A program made the position numbers and the translations under genes. Below, piece after piece: positions 51,887-64,000 of a stretch of DNA of 64,000 nucleotides; within the stretch, counting starts at the first letter, position 1; every line of letters begins with the position of its first letter. Below the pieces are notes generated by a model. The model saw only the letters and a program-made list of their open reading frames with translations. It ran no database searches and had not been told where the DNA came from. Source of the DNA: the human T2T-CHM13v2.0 reference genome, Homo sapiens; assembly GCF_009914755.1 (NCBI RefSeq), contig NC_060941.1. One strand, written 5' to 3'.

Positions 51887-52090
<204 letters not shown>

Positions 52091-53987
52091 TTAGGCATGG
52101 TGGCATGCGCCTGTAGTCCCCACTACTCATGGGTCTAAGGCAGGAGGATCACTTGAGCCCAGGAGATCAAGGCTGCAGTGAGCTATGATTATGCCACTGT
52201 ACTCCAGCCTGGGCAACAAAGCAAGACTCTGTCTCAAAGGAAAAAAAAAAAAAAAAAAAGCTGGATTCAAGAACACATCCATTTTAATTTTTAAGTAATC
52301 CAAGTTGTTCCCTGTAATGTTTTCACTAGTTGATATTCTCATGGCTATGATGTAAGTACCTATTTTCCCATAATCTTACCAGGCTAACTTTGGTCTTTCT
52401 CAAGCTGATAAATACCTGAAGGAAACTTGTTCTTTGCCTATAATGAGATATTACAGATATTTTCCCCAGTCTGTTTGTTGACTTTGTTTATGATGAAATA
52501 TAGCCAAACTTATCCTTTCCTTTTTTTGAGACAGGCTTGCTCTGTTGCCCAGGCTGGAGTACAGTGGCACAATCACAGCTCACTGCAACTTCGAACTCCT
52601 GGAGTCAAGGGATCCTCCTGCCTCAGCCTTCCAAATAGCTAGGAATACAGATGCACGCCACCATGCCTGGCTAATCTATTTTTTAAAATTTTTTAGGAAC
52701 TGGGTCTTGTTGTTGCCCAAGCTGGTCTTGAACCCTTGGCCTCAAGTGATCTTCCCACCTTGGCCTCCCAAAGTCCTGGGATTACAGGTGCTTAAGTCAC
52801 TGTGCCTGGCCTTAACCTTTTCTCAAGGGCTTCTAAGTTTTGGGTTATGCTCAGAAAAGCTTTTCTTACTCAAATATTATTTTAAGATAATAATTCTACC
52901 ATTGTTCATCCTAATAATTTCATGATTTCATTTTTTACATTTAAACCTCTCATTCACCTGGAATCTATGTGGGGTAAGGAATGACAATGGGGACCCAACT
53001 TTTAAAATTCTGGGTTGTTATTCAGTTGTTCCAATGCCACGACTGAGTGACTGATGCTCTTTCTAGATGTTAGATTTTTCAGAAGTTAGACTCAGGAGTA
53101 GAGATGACTAGTGAGCTCAGAATTAGTGAAACAGACACCAAAATTAGGGATTTAGGGGCTCTAAAACACATCTAACATCAAAAGCACAGATCCTGAAGTC
53201 CAACATCTATCACATATAAAGCAATATTAACTATTACTGTTGTTAATCTTGGAAGCCCTAAGGATGGATTATCTCTAATTCAGTTAAAAGAACTATGTAC
53301 TATACAATAGGTGTTAATAATAAGCATATATGGCATTTTTATAGTCTGTATAATGCAAGTTCACTTACTTTGTTTTCATAACTACTCTTTAAGAAGACAG
53401 GCAGAGATTTTAATATCCATTTATTGCTGAGGAAAATAATTCAGTAATGGTACCTTGTCCCTTCACTTATAGGAAATGGTAGTGCCAAAATCAAACCCAG
53501 ATCTTTTATTTCCAAATGTTAACAAACTGCCATTACACCCTGCACCAAGTACTTTTACACAAAAATTAGTGAGACTTCCTACTCACAAGGGGGTTGAAAC
53601 AATTTTTTAATTAAATATTCAGACTGATCACATACTTAATTTAAGTATGAAAGGAGTGCACAAAAGTAGAAAACATCATCCTTGGCTTCAAGGAAACTTC
53701 AAAGGTCTACAGCAGTTAAAAAAAAAAGCAAGACTTGAGGGACTGGGAAATAAACCTGAAAGTCAGGAACCATGTCTTATCTACTCTCCATGTCTTAGGG
53801 TATTTACTGCTGGTATAACAAGAATGTAGTGTTAGGTCAGTAAATATGTGTTGGTTGTCTAAATGTACTCATCGAACCTTCTAAACAGGGTGAGATAGGA
53901 AATAATATCAGACCCCATTCATTTTTCCTAGGAGCTAAACTTTTGTCTGTCACCAAAGAATCAGCCAAATCATCAAATAGTACTTAC

Positions 53988-54030
53988 ACAATGTAACAAA
54001 GAAACTTCAGGCACCATTTCTGGGCTACAC
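53988..54030 (-). other. Candidate 43-nt cassette exon in intron 3
   Basis: atttagtcaatag|GTGTAGCC...ACATTGT|gtaagta. Open in the frame of exon 3 (GVAQKWCLKFLCYI); acceptor is weak. Confidence 0.4.
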
Positions 54031-55186
54031 CTATTGACTAAATGTATTTCACAGAAAAATAAAAATTTTGAACTACATTCCATTTCAAAGCTGACAAAAG
54101 GTTATAAAACAATTTCCAGAACTGAATCCAGTCTAAATGCTACAAAATACAACTATCATTCACTCTTGCTTTATTCTGAATTAAACATATCCTCTGTTTC
54201 TATAATAAACAATTGTTCATAATATTTCTCATCAGTAGTGCTTTTTTTGTGTTGTTTCCTTCAGATATCTTGTCAACATTATCTTTTCTTCAGGTCTTTT
54301 ATTTTTTAATACTAATAATTATCGGCCATATATAATAACTTTTTTAAAATTTCTGAAATATTTTAACAAATACTAAAGGAGAATGAAATGTGAATAAGAA
54401 AATGGGTACAAAAATAAACTCAGTTTACAAAGTACAATTTAATATCCTGCCACAGATAACTTCATTCCAGAGTCTGCATGCCCTATTCTCCAATCTATTC
54501 AGTAACAAGACATCAGCACTGGAGCACCAAGAACTGCAACTTTTGTTGGCAAAAGCCTTGCATGGGTCAAAATAATTTTTAAAGCTTTGACAAAAAAGCC
54601 CAAAAGGACCAGGCTTAAAATTTTAGTGGATGGTTGCATGTGAGATATGTTAAGAGTCCTAAACTCAAATCAAAAGGAAAGTTGACAATGAACTAGTCAA
54701 TGTGAAGAACTTACAAAAGCATAAGCCCAGAAATCACATGCGATGCCTACTGTTTACACTAGAGTGACAGGGCTTTTTTGAATGGTTATTTATATCAAAG
54801 GTTTAGTATGGTCAAAGAAATCTGTCATAAATTGCCTCAATATGCAATAAATGTGGATATATTCTAGGTTAAATTATGTGGGTACTATAGAAAGAGGTAT
54901 GTGAGAGAAACCAGCACAATGCCTGCATGTACACTGCTGAATCCGACACTAGGAAGTAAACAGTCAGTTATGAAACAAACTCAATTCTTAATGTTGGAAA
55001 CAGAATAAGGCTCCATTCTTTTTGGAGAATAAAGATACTAATCATTTAAAACAGATGGACTTTGCACCAACAATGTAAATATACTTCACATACACAACTG
55101 TACACTTAAAAATGATTAAGATGCTAAATTTTATGTTATGTGTTTTGGAAAGGGTGAATTTTATTTTATTTATTTATTTATTTTAA

Positions 55187-55351
<165 letters not shown>

Positions 55352-56749
55352 TAGAGATGGGGGTCTTGCTATATTGCCCAGGCTGGTCTCAACTCCTGGC
55401 CTCAAGTAATCCTTCTGCCTCAGCTTCCCAAAGTGCTGGGATTTCAGGCGCTAGCCACTGCACCCGGCTATGTTATCCGTTTTTTAACAATTAAAAAGAA
55501 AAAAAACCTTCAAATGAGCTTTAAATTTCCCTTGAATTTTTAAATGAATAGATTTATGAGTTATTGAGTACTTACTATATATACTTGTTACCATGGAGAT
55601 GGAGGCAAAATATGGATAAAACCTAACTCCTCTTTTCAAGAAGCTCAAAGTTTAAAGGGAACCAAAATTCTAAACTGTTTTTTTTTCGTGTGTGTGTGAG
55701 ACAGAGTCTCACTCTGTCACCCAGGCTAGAGCGTAGTGGTGCGATCAAGGGTCACTGCAGCCTCAACCTTCCGGGCTCAGGCAATCCTCCTACCTTAAAC
55801 CTCTTAACTGGGACCACAGGCATGGACTACCAAGCCCAACTAATTTTTGGGGGGTGGGGTGTAGGGGGAGATAGAGATGGGGTCTATGTTGCCTAGGCTG
55901 GTCTCAAACTCCTGGGCTCAGGTGATCCTCCTGCCTCAACCTCCCAAAGTGCTGAGGTTACAGGCATAAGCCACAGCACCCTGCCTAAAATCTCCTTAAA
56001 AACAAAAATTGAAAATAACTTTGGATCATCCAAAGTAGGTGAGTAGCCATTTACCTATCCTTTCTTAAACACATTATCTATCTCTTCTCCCTCCTTTCTC
56101 TCTGCAGGTTCTAGTTGTACTTTAAAGTCTCTGATGCTTAACATAAAAAATTCTGGGATTCAAACAGATTTGCTAGCCACTATGAACCAGCCCCACCTTG
56201 TGTGCCTGAACAAAGAGAATAACAATCAACAATGTTCCTGGGTGTCCTCGAATAGAAGAGGTATTTCAAATTGGAGAGAAAAGCAAATCTAGTCTTCTGA
56301 CCTTCTTCTAAAACAATCACCTCCATTCAAGTCAACCCAACACTTAAAACTATGCAAACCACTGGGACAAATTCTATCAAAAAGCCATCTCCATTTCAGT
56401 CCTGATTATCTTCTCTCTTCTGGGCTCTTACAAAATCTGTGGTCTATCCCATACGAATTGCTCTTAATCAGAGTATTCTTTGTATTGTTTGTAAAGAGTT
56501 CTTGTGCCACTGGAAAACAAGTTTAAAGGTAATTAAATCTTCTATTTCCCCAGAAGAATAGGTTAATGCTTAGTAATGAATATTTCATTAAAACATATTT
56601 ATTGAGCATCTCCCATGTGTCACCAGTCAATAGAATTTGTAGAAGTAGAATTTTAAAATTAAAGGTTTTAATAACTGAAACATCCTGGCCAGGCGCGGTG
56701 GCTCACACCTATAATCCCAGCACTTTTGGAGGCCGAGGCGGGCGGATCA

Positions 56750-57064
<315 letters not shown>

Positions 57065-58417
57065 TTAATTAATTTTTTCTTTTTTAAAAGATCAAGACAG
57101 GGTCTTGCTATCTCACCCAGGCTGGTTTTGAACACGTGGCCTCAAACAGTCCTCCTGCCTCAACCTCCCAAACTGCTGGGATTACAGACATGAGCCACTG
57201 CACCTGTCCTTGTGTTCCTCTCAACACACTTGAATTGATCAGACTTTGGCATTCAAACTGAAAATCCATTTCCTGAATTCAAAGAATTAGTCAACAGTAG
57301 CACACTTCTCCCCAAAGATGCCTATTATACAATAAGCTCCCGCATGACCAGATGTAGAGGCACAACGATTCCCGTAATTTTTTTCTTTTCTTTTGAGACG
57401 GAGTCTCACTCTGTTGCCCAGGCTGGAGTACAGGTGCACGATCTTGGCTCACTGCAACCTCCGCCTTCCAGGTTCAAACAATTCTCTGCCTCAGGCTCCC
57501 AAGCTGGGACTACAGGCATGTGCCACCACGCCTGGCTAATTTATGTATTTTTAGTAGAGATGGGGTTTCACCAGTTGGCCAGGCTGGTCTTGAATTCCTG
57601 ACCTCATGATCCACCTGCCTCGGCCTCCCAAAGTGCTGGGATTACAGGCGTGAGCCACCGCGCCCGGCCAATTCCCATAATTTCTGAGGTAGCATTCATA
57701 TCACATCTGCAAAGAACAAACAGTAGCTCTTGAATCTGAGAAAGCTAAAAAGAGAACGCAGTTGGTTGGTTTCCAACTAGGGAGAACTCAGAAGCTGAAA
57801 TATTAGTATTTTGTTTTTAATACAAATGACTGGTATAAACAGAGTAACAAATGCAATGGAAACTTTAAGCCATACATTTTCCAGACCTTGATAGGAACCT
57901 GAGAAATAACCTCTCTGCTCAGAGAGCCCTCAAAAACCTCTGCTTTCATTTTATGTTTCATGGAGGTTAATTTTTCTTCTCTACCACTACATAAATTTCT
58001 TATTGCAGAGCAAAAGAGCCAGGGCAATCACCAGCTTCAGGGAGAATTTAAAAGAATAAAAATTAAATTCTGCTACTGAATGATTCTCTTTATAATACTG
58101 AAGCCAGAATACATTACTAAATAGCACAAAGAAAGCATACTCTGATATTTTGCATTCCTTTTACTCCACTCACCCATCACCTCCACCAAAAAAAAAATTT
58201 AAAACAGGCTGAGCCACACACAGTATGTTTGACTTGAAAGTTTCGATGACACAGCAGCTTACTCTTGCAAATTACTGGCAAATATAGAGGCTTAACAGTG
58301 ACTTAAAATACAGTTATAGGACAAACAGACTACTCTAAGGGGAAAAAGGTAGTAGGGAGAAACCCAAGTACTTTTTTAAAAACACAACAAATACATTCAG
58401 GTACAAGATCTGCATCA

Positions 58418-58630
<213 letters not shown>

Positions 58631-60711
58631 CTACATATATGCATGCAAAAAGGTGCTAATAATAGGGTAAATGTGCCCAATAAGAGGGACATTAATGTAA
58701 AAAGAAAAGCTGGCTAGTATTTTACATGGGAAGAACATATGGGGTAAGGGTCCTTTCTGATGGTGTGTTGGGCAACTTTTGTATATAACATTTTTAAATG
58801 GAGTAAAAGGGGAAAGGGAAAAGGGGAAGAATACATTTATGAAGTTTTAAAATAACACTAAAAAGCATAAAATCAAGGTACTTATACAGTCATATCCACC
58901 ACCTAAACAGCACCACTTTAAGATTTTTTTTTTTTTAAAGAAAATCTACACTGTGTTTAGTTGTTTTGTTTATGTGTCAGGCTTTCATGATACAAAGTAA
59001 GTTATAAGTGTAAGACTGCCCCACCACTAGAAATGAAAAAACAATCAGAGCAAAATCCAGGCTAGACTTGATTGGTTTAAAAAAATAATATATATAATAT
59101 AAATATTTAACTAGCATGCAGCCAATATTAAACTGAAAAAACAGTGAGGTTAGTAAAACAAGAAATTAAGTTGATTAAACAGAAAAATAAAATGAGCTCA
59201 AGCACAGACTGAGTGATGCATTTCAACATGTAGTCTAACAAAAATGCTAAGATGTTAGAATGAAACAGGCCTAGCAATAAGTTAACAGTAAAGAACCATT
59301 AGTGCATGTAGGGGTAGAAACCAACATACATAATGTCTCATCTTCCCAGGAGCACATTCGAAAAGGTATTTCAATGTAAACTGCATGAAAAAAATGCTAC
59401 AAACAACAATTAAATGTCAGCTTTCGTTTAAGGGGTCAAGGTATTGGAAACATCTGCAGCCCTTTCTTTGTCCAATTCTTTGCTTTTTACAGTTATTGTG
59501 AAGTACCAAGACAAGGCTAAAATAAGCACTAACTGTATCAGAAAAAATGATCATATTCACCCAATGGACAACACTGAAAAATTCTAAACACAAAGTATTC
59601 TATATGTATTAAAATGTAATTTATAGTATTAATCCAGAAAAGATTAAAAGTCACAATATAAGTAATGTTAGCAGAAAACAAAGGTAAATCATTTGAAAAT
59701 CCCATATTTCCTGAAATCAATTTATAAAGCTGACGAAACCACAAATTTCTGCATTAAAACCAAATATTGCACATTAAACTGTCTGGCATCTCCATATTCA
59801 ATGATAAAGTGTTCTTTGAACTCATAGAGGAAAGAAAAACATTTTTTTACTGTTACCTTCCCTAACTAGAAGTTAGAAGAAGATTAAGCCTCCCGAATGC
59901 TCTGTTTGTTTGTTTGTTTAAGGACCATTTTCTTCTGTAAGTTTATGACAGCATGCAACCTGGAAAACTGGGCTAAACAGCTAATTATTTCATTGATGGG
60001 GGAAAACCAGGACTTTTTTTTTTCTGATACAGCATCTTGCTCTGCTGCCCAGGCTGGTGTACAGTGGTGCAATTATAGCTAACTGCAGCCTTGACCTCCT
60101 GGGCTCAAGCAATCCTCCCACCTCAGCCTGGGAGGTATGGGCGCACAACACTATGCCTGGATAATTTTTTTATTTTTTGTAGAGATGAGGTTTCACTATG
60201 TTGCCCACGATGATCTAGAACTCCTGGGCTCAAGCAATCCTCCCTCCTCAGCCTCTCAAAGTACTGGGATTACAGGCATGAACCCAGGATACTTTTCTAA
60301 AAGCAAAAACTGGAGGCAAATTATAACGAAAAATTTGTTTCTAAAACAAAACATATTGTTTCAAATATACATATAAAATCATTATGGTGCACAAAAGTGT
60401 GCTGCAAGTTATTTTTGCTCTATACCATTTGAAAGAATTAGAAACACTACTGATCCCAAGCACTGACTTCCACATTACTACACATCACAAAAATATAATA
60501 TAACACTACTGGCTGCTGGGGCTTCTTCCCTTCCCCCCTCCTAACTGAACTGCCAGGAAAAACATTCCCTTACCCAGTGTTCAGTGTCTGACTATTTATA
60601 ACTTTATTACCCCCTAAAACAGAAAAGATTAAAAGTCTCAATATAAGTAATGTTAGCAGAAAACAAAAAGGTAAACAGGCCCTTATTTTACTACTATGAA
60701 AACAAACTTAC

Positions 60712-60761
60712 CTGTGCAGAAAATCCTTATTTCATATCATAATTCCTACAACTGAATAATT
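60712..60761 (-). other. Candidate 50-nt poison exon in intron 2
   Basis: ctatccttgtccttcctag|AATTATTC...GCACAG|gtaagt. Perfect donor; TGA at codon 10 in phase 0. Confidence 0.65.
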
Positions 60762-62361
60762 CTAGGAAGGACAAGGATAGCAGAATGACTTTAAGAGTAT
60801 ATGGTTTATCAGATAATTGTTTAATCTCTTAACAGACTCATAACTATATTTGGCACCAAGATTTAGGCATTAAACAATGCTGACAAAAATTGTTGCTCCC
60901 CCCCCCTCCATTTTGTTGTTGTTGTTGTTGTTTCTTTTTTAAAGAAAACTCAATCTTTGGCTAAGTGGAGATGAGACATTATGCTGATTGTGTTATATTA
61001 TGAATGCACTCAAATAAACAGACAGATGAAGCAGTATGCTATTTCCAAAAGCAGTGCAAGTGGAGTGAAAGCATTTCCATACGAACCTGGCTTTAAAAAC
61101 TGGGCTGTCAAAAGAACAGTTAAATGTAACACAAAGTAAGAAACTGTCCAATCACTAATGGTCGTTTTTTTTTTTGTCTTGTTTTCAATTCACTGCTTGC
61201 AAGTAATGTATTTATTAAAGAGTGAAAGCATAAGTAAATTCACGAGTCAAGACCAGCTGAGAGATTCAAGAGCAGCGTGTTGTGACTGACAACAGTGAAA
61301 GGAAAAGCAAATGTTAAAGGGAGAGGGAGAAAAAAAAGAAAAAATTAAGGTTATACACATTAGCACCACTTTTACAAAACCACTCAAGAGGATGGCTGTC
61401 ACCTTCTCAGAAAAAAATCATTGATAGAAAATGGTAGTGGCATTTCTCTTCTAAAACTTTAGGTTAAAACTGTTCTTTAATTAAATCCACTTTCTCAGGG
61501 ACTATAATAAAATATTTAACTTGCCACTCTAAGTCCTTCCAATCATAACAAAGGCAATAGAAACAATAGACACATCTCCCAGAATCTCTCCTCCCCTCAC
61601 CAACCTCCTAGGGTAAATGAATGACCAACACAGAAAAACTGGACCTTTCCTATCATTTCAAACTACCTGCTTTTGGAGGAAAAAAGGCAGCTCTGTGACT
61701 CTGCAGGAAGGGCTAGTATTCAGTATGGTCTCCCTTCCTATCAGTAAAAGAAAAAAAGGTTTTATAAACACTCGTCAAAAATCCAATAGGCTTAAGGATG
61801 ACGGCTAACACAAGGAGGCACACCAAAATAATTTATAACAAAGTAAAACAAACCAGACTTGTCTACCTCTGAAATGATCAAAACTATCTCTGTGAAAGAA
61901 CAAGAAACTCAATAACCAGTCTTTGGGAAACAAGCAATCTATTCTCTCTGTTAACGACTGTAATTTTTGCAAATTATTCCAATTATTCCAGGATTTTTTT
62001 TTTTTTTTTGAGACGGAGTCTCACTCTGTAGCTCAGGCTGGAGTGTAACGGCAATCTCAGCTCACTACAATCTCCACCTCCTGAGTAGCTGGGACTACAG
62101 ACACGCACCACCACATCCAGCCAATTTTTTTTTTGTATTTTTAGTAGAGACAGGGTTTCACCACGTTGGCCAGGCTGGTCTCAAACTCCTGACCTCAAGT
62201 GATCCGCCTGCCTTGGCTTCCCCAAGTGTTGAGATTACAGGCATAAGCCACCACGACTGGTCCATGGATGCTATTTACAACACCAAGTTGGCACAAGTAG
62301 CTTACGGCTCAAACAGGTAATCTAGACAGAACAAGGGCAATGAACATTAAATTTCTTTGTT

Positions 62362-62394
<33 letters not shown>

Positions 62395-64000
62395 TGAGAC
62401 AGGGTCTCGCTCTGCCACCCAGGCTGGGGTGCAGTAGCACAGTCACAGCTCACCGCATCCTTGACCTGCAAGGCTCAAGTGATCCTCCCATCTCAGCCTC
62501 CCAAAGTGCTGGGATTACAGGTGTGAGCCACCATGCCCAGCCAATTTATTTCCAAAGTAGTAATTATTTTTAAAAATAATTTTAAAAAAAAGTAACTCTA
62601 CTTAATTTCAGTTACTATAATAATGACTAAAAATCTTTTGGTTTTTGTTTTTTAAATATATAATTTGGGGTTTAATTATAATCTCATAGAACCAAAAATA
62701 AATTACAGAAATTTTTTTCATTTTAAAAACTCTGGTTAACAACAAAGATACATGATAGAGGTAGGCTGCTTATAATTTTTTTCTTCTAAAGTCAACTTGA
62801 TATAATTTAAATGTACATTTAAGAACTGCAAAGAAATCCTAACTTTAATAAATAAGGCAAAGCTTATTTATTATGTAGAAAAGCTGGTTTTCTACATAAT
62901 TCAGAGTTCTCACAAACCACCTATTTGTTTTCTCTCTCTGCTCAAGACCCCAAAATGGTGGCTGTGCGGCCTGTTCTTTGGTTGGAAATGAAGTTCTTCT
63001 TCTAATTCTGGTTAAACCATGTAGCTAAACTGAAAACAAACTTTTTCACCTAGATTACCTCAGTTGGCCTTTTTTTCTCCCCCTATTTCTACACATAAAT
63101 ATATCATTAAAATGCTAATTTTTATCATTTGTTCTTCTCTAATAAACACGTGAGAAAAGGAATATAATTTTTAAGCGGGAAGATCTTTGACAACAAGAAG
63201 TCTGTATTATAAACTACCAATATGCTGAAAACACAATACCAGCAATGTAAAAATACTTCATTATTAACTGTTTCAGCCATTCCTCAACATTTTATTAATT
63301 AAATACCAAGTAGAAACTTTCTGCTCCATGAAGCTGTATGCCACCATAGTAACAATGATCATTTTGGTAACAGCACCACCAATACACATGTATGACGGGA
63401 GCCTGCCAAAACACAGGAAAAAATTTACTTTATTGTATGAAGCTGGCTGTAAGTTTTTACAGTAGGAAACGGCCTATTATGTCTCAAGAGAAAACCATGC
63501 TACAGGTATGTCCATGACTGGATGAATACTAATTCTATACTGAATTTTGTTTTAGTTGACAGCCACATTCAATTTACATCATTTAGCCCATTTTCAACAG
63601 TGACAAAATAGTAAGTCTCTTGAGTGGATTGTAAGCTTTGCTGATTGTGTATTAAAGACTATAAGCAAGAACCAATGCTACTAGGTGAACCCATGCAAAC
63701 AAGTTGTAAAAATTCCCGAAACAAAAAAACTCTATAGCTCACTACAGATGACACAATGAAGACTAGAGAGAAAAGCCATATAGTAATGCTACACCATTCA
63801 GCTCCAAGAAGCACATTATTTCTAGTGCAGTCCACATATGGTCACTGCTAAATGTCAAATCAGCAGTCTTATAAAGAATTACAGTTTGGAACTAGTGGAG
63901 TCCACAGATCTAGACAGATATGCAACATCACAAAACCCAATTATACATATACTTCCAAATCCTTAAGATGCGCAAACTAAACATCAGCAACTGGAGTTTG

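Overview
Human/primate, Alu-dense genomic DNA covering the 5' half of the GPATCH8 gene on the minus strand. Five coding exons join in frame through canonical GT-AG sites: 58462-58534, 30463-30530, 29049-29135, 18332-18475 and 1-33 (partial). They read [25 protein letters not shown]|[22 protein letters not shown]|[29 protein letters not shown]|[48 protein letters not shown]|RLKDLKQREFA, i.e. a G-patch, an acidic helix and a C2H2 zinc finger. Exon numbering 3-7 is from recall of the reference gene. The rest is intronic: dozens of Alus, a 7SL pseudogene, L1, MIR, MER20 and Tigger4 relics, and microsatellites. The most interesting signal lies in the Alu-free intronic islands, which hold many small sense-strand cassette or microexon candidates (8-69 nt). 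Several are frameshifting or stop-containing alone but restore an open frame in pairs: 37+50 nt after the zinc finger, and 43+8 nt inside the G-patch. This suggests combinatorial poison-exon/microexon control of a splicing quality-control factor. These exons are predicted from splice signals and frame arithmetic only; some may already be annotated and some may not be used.
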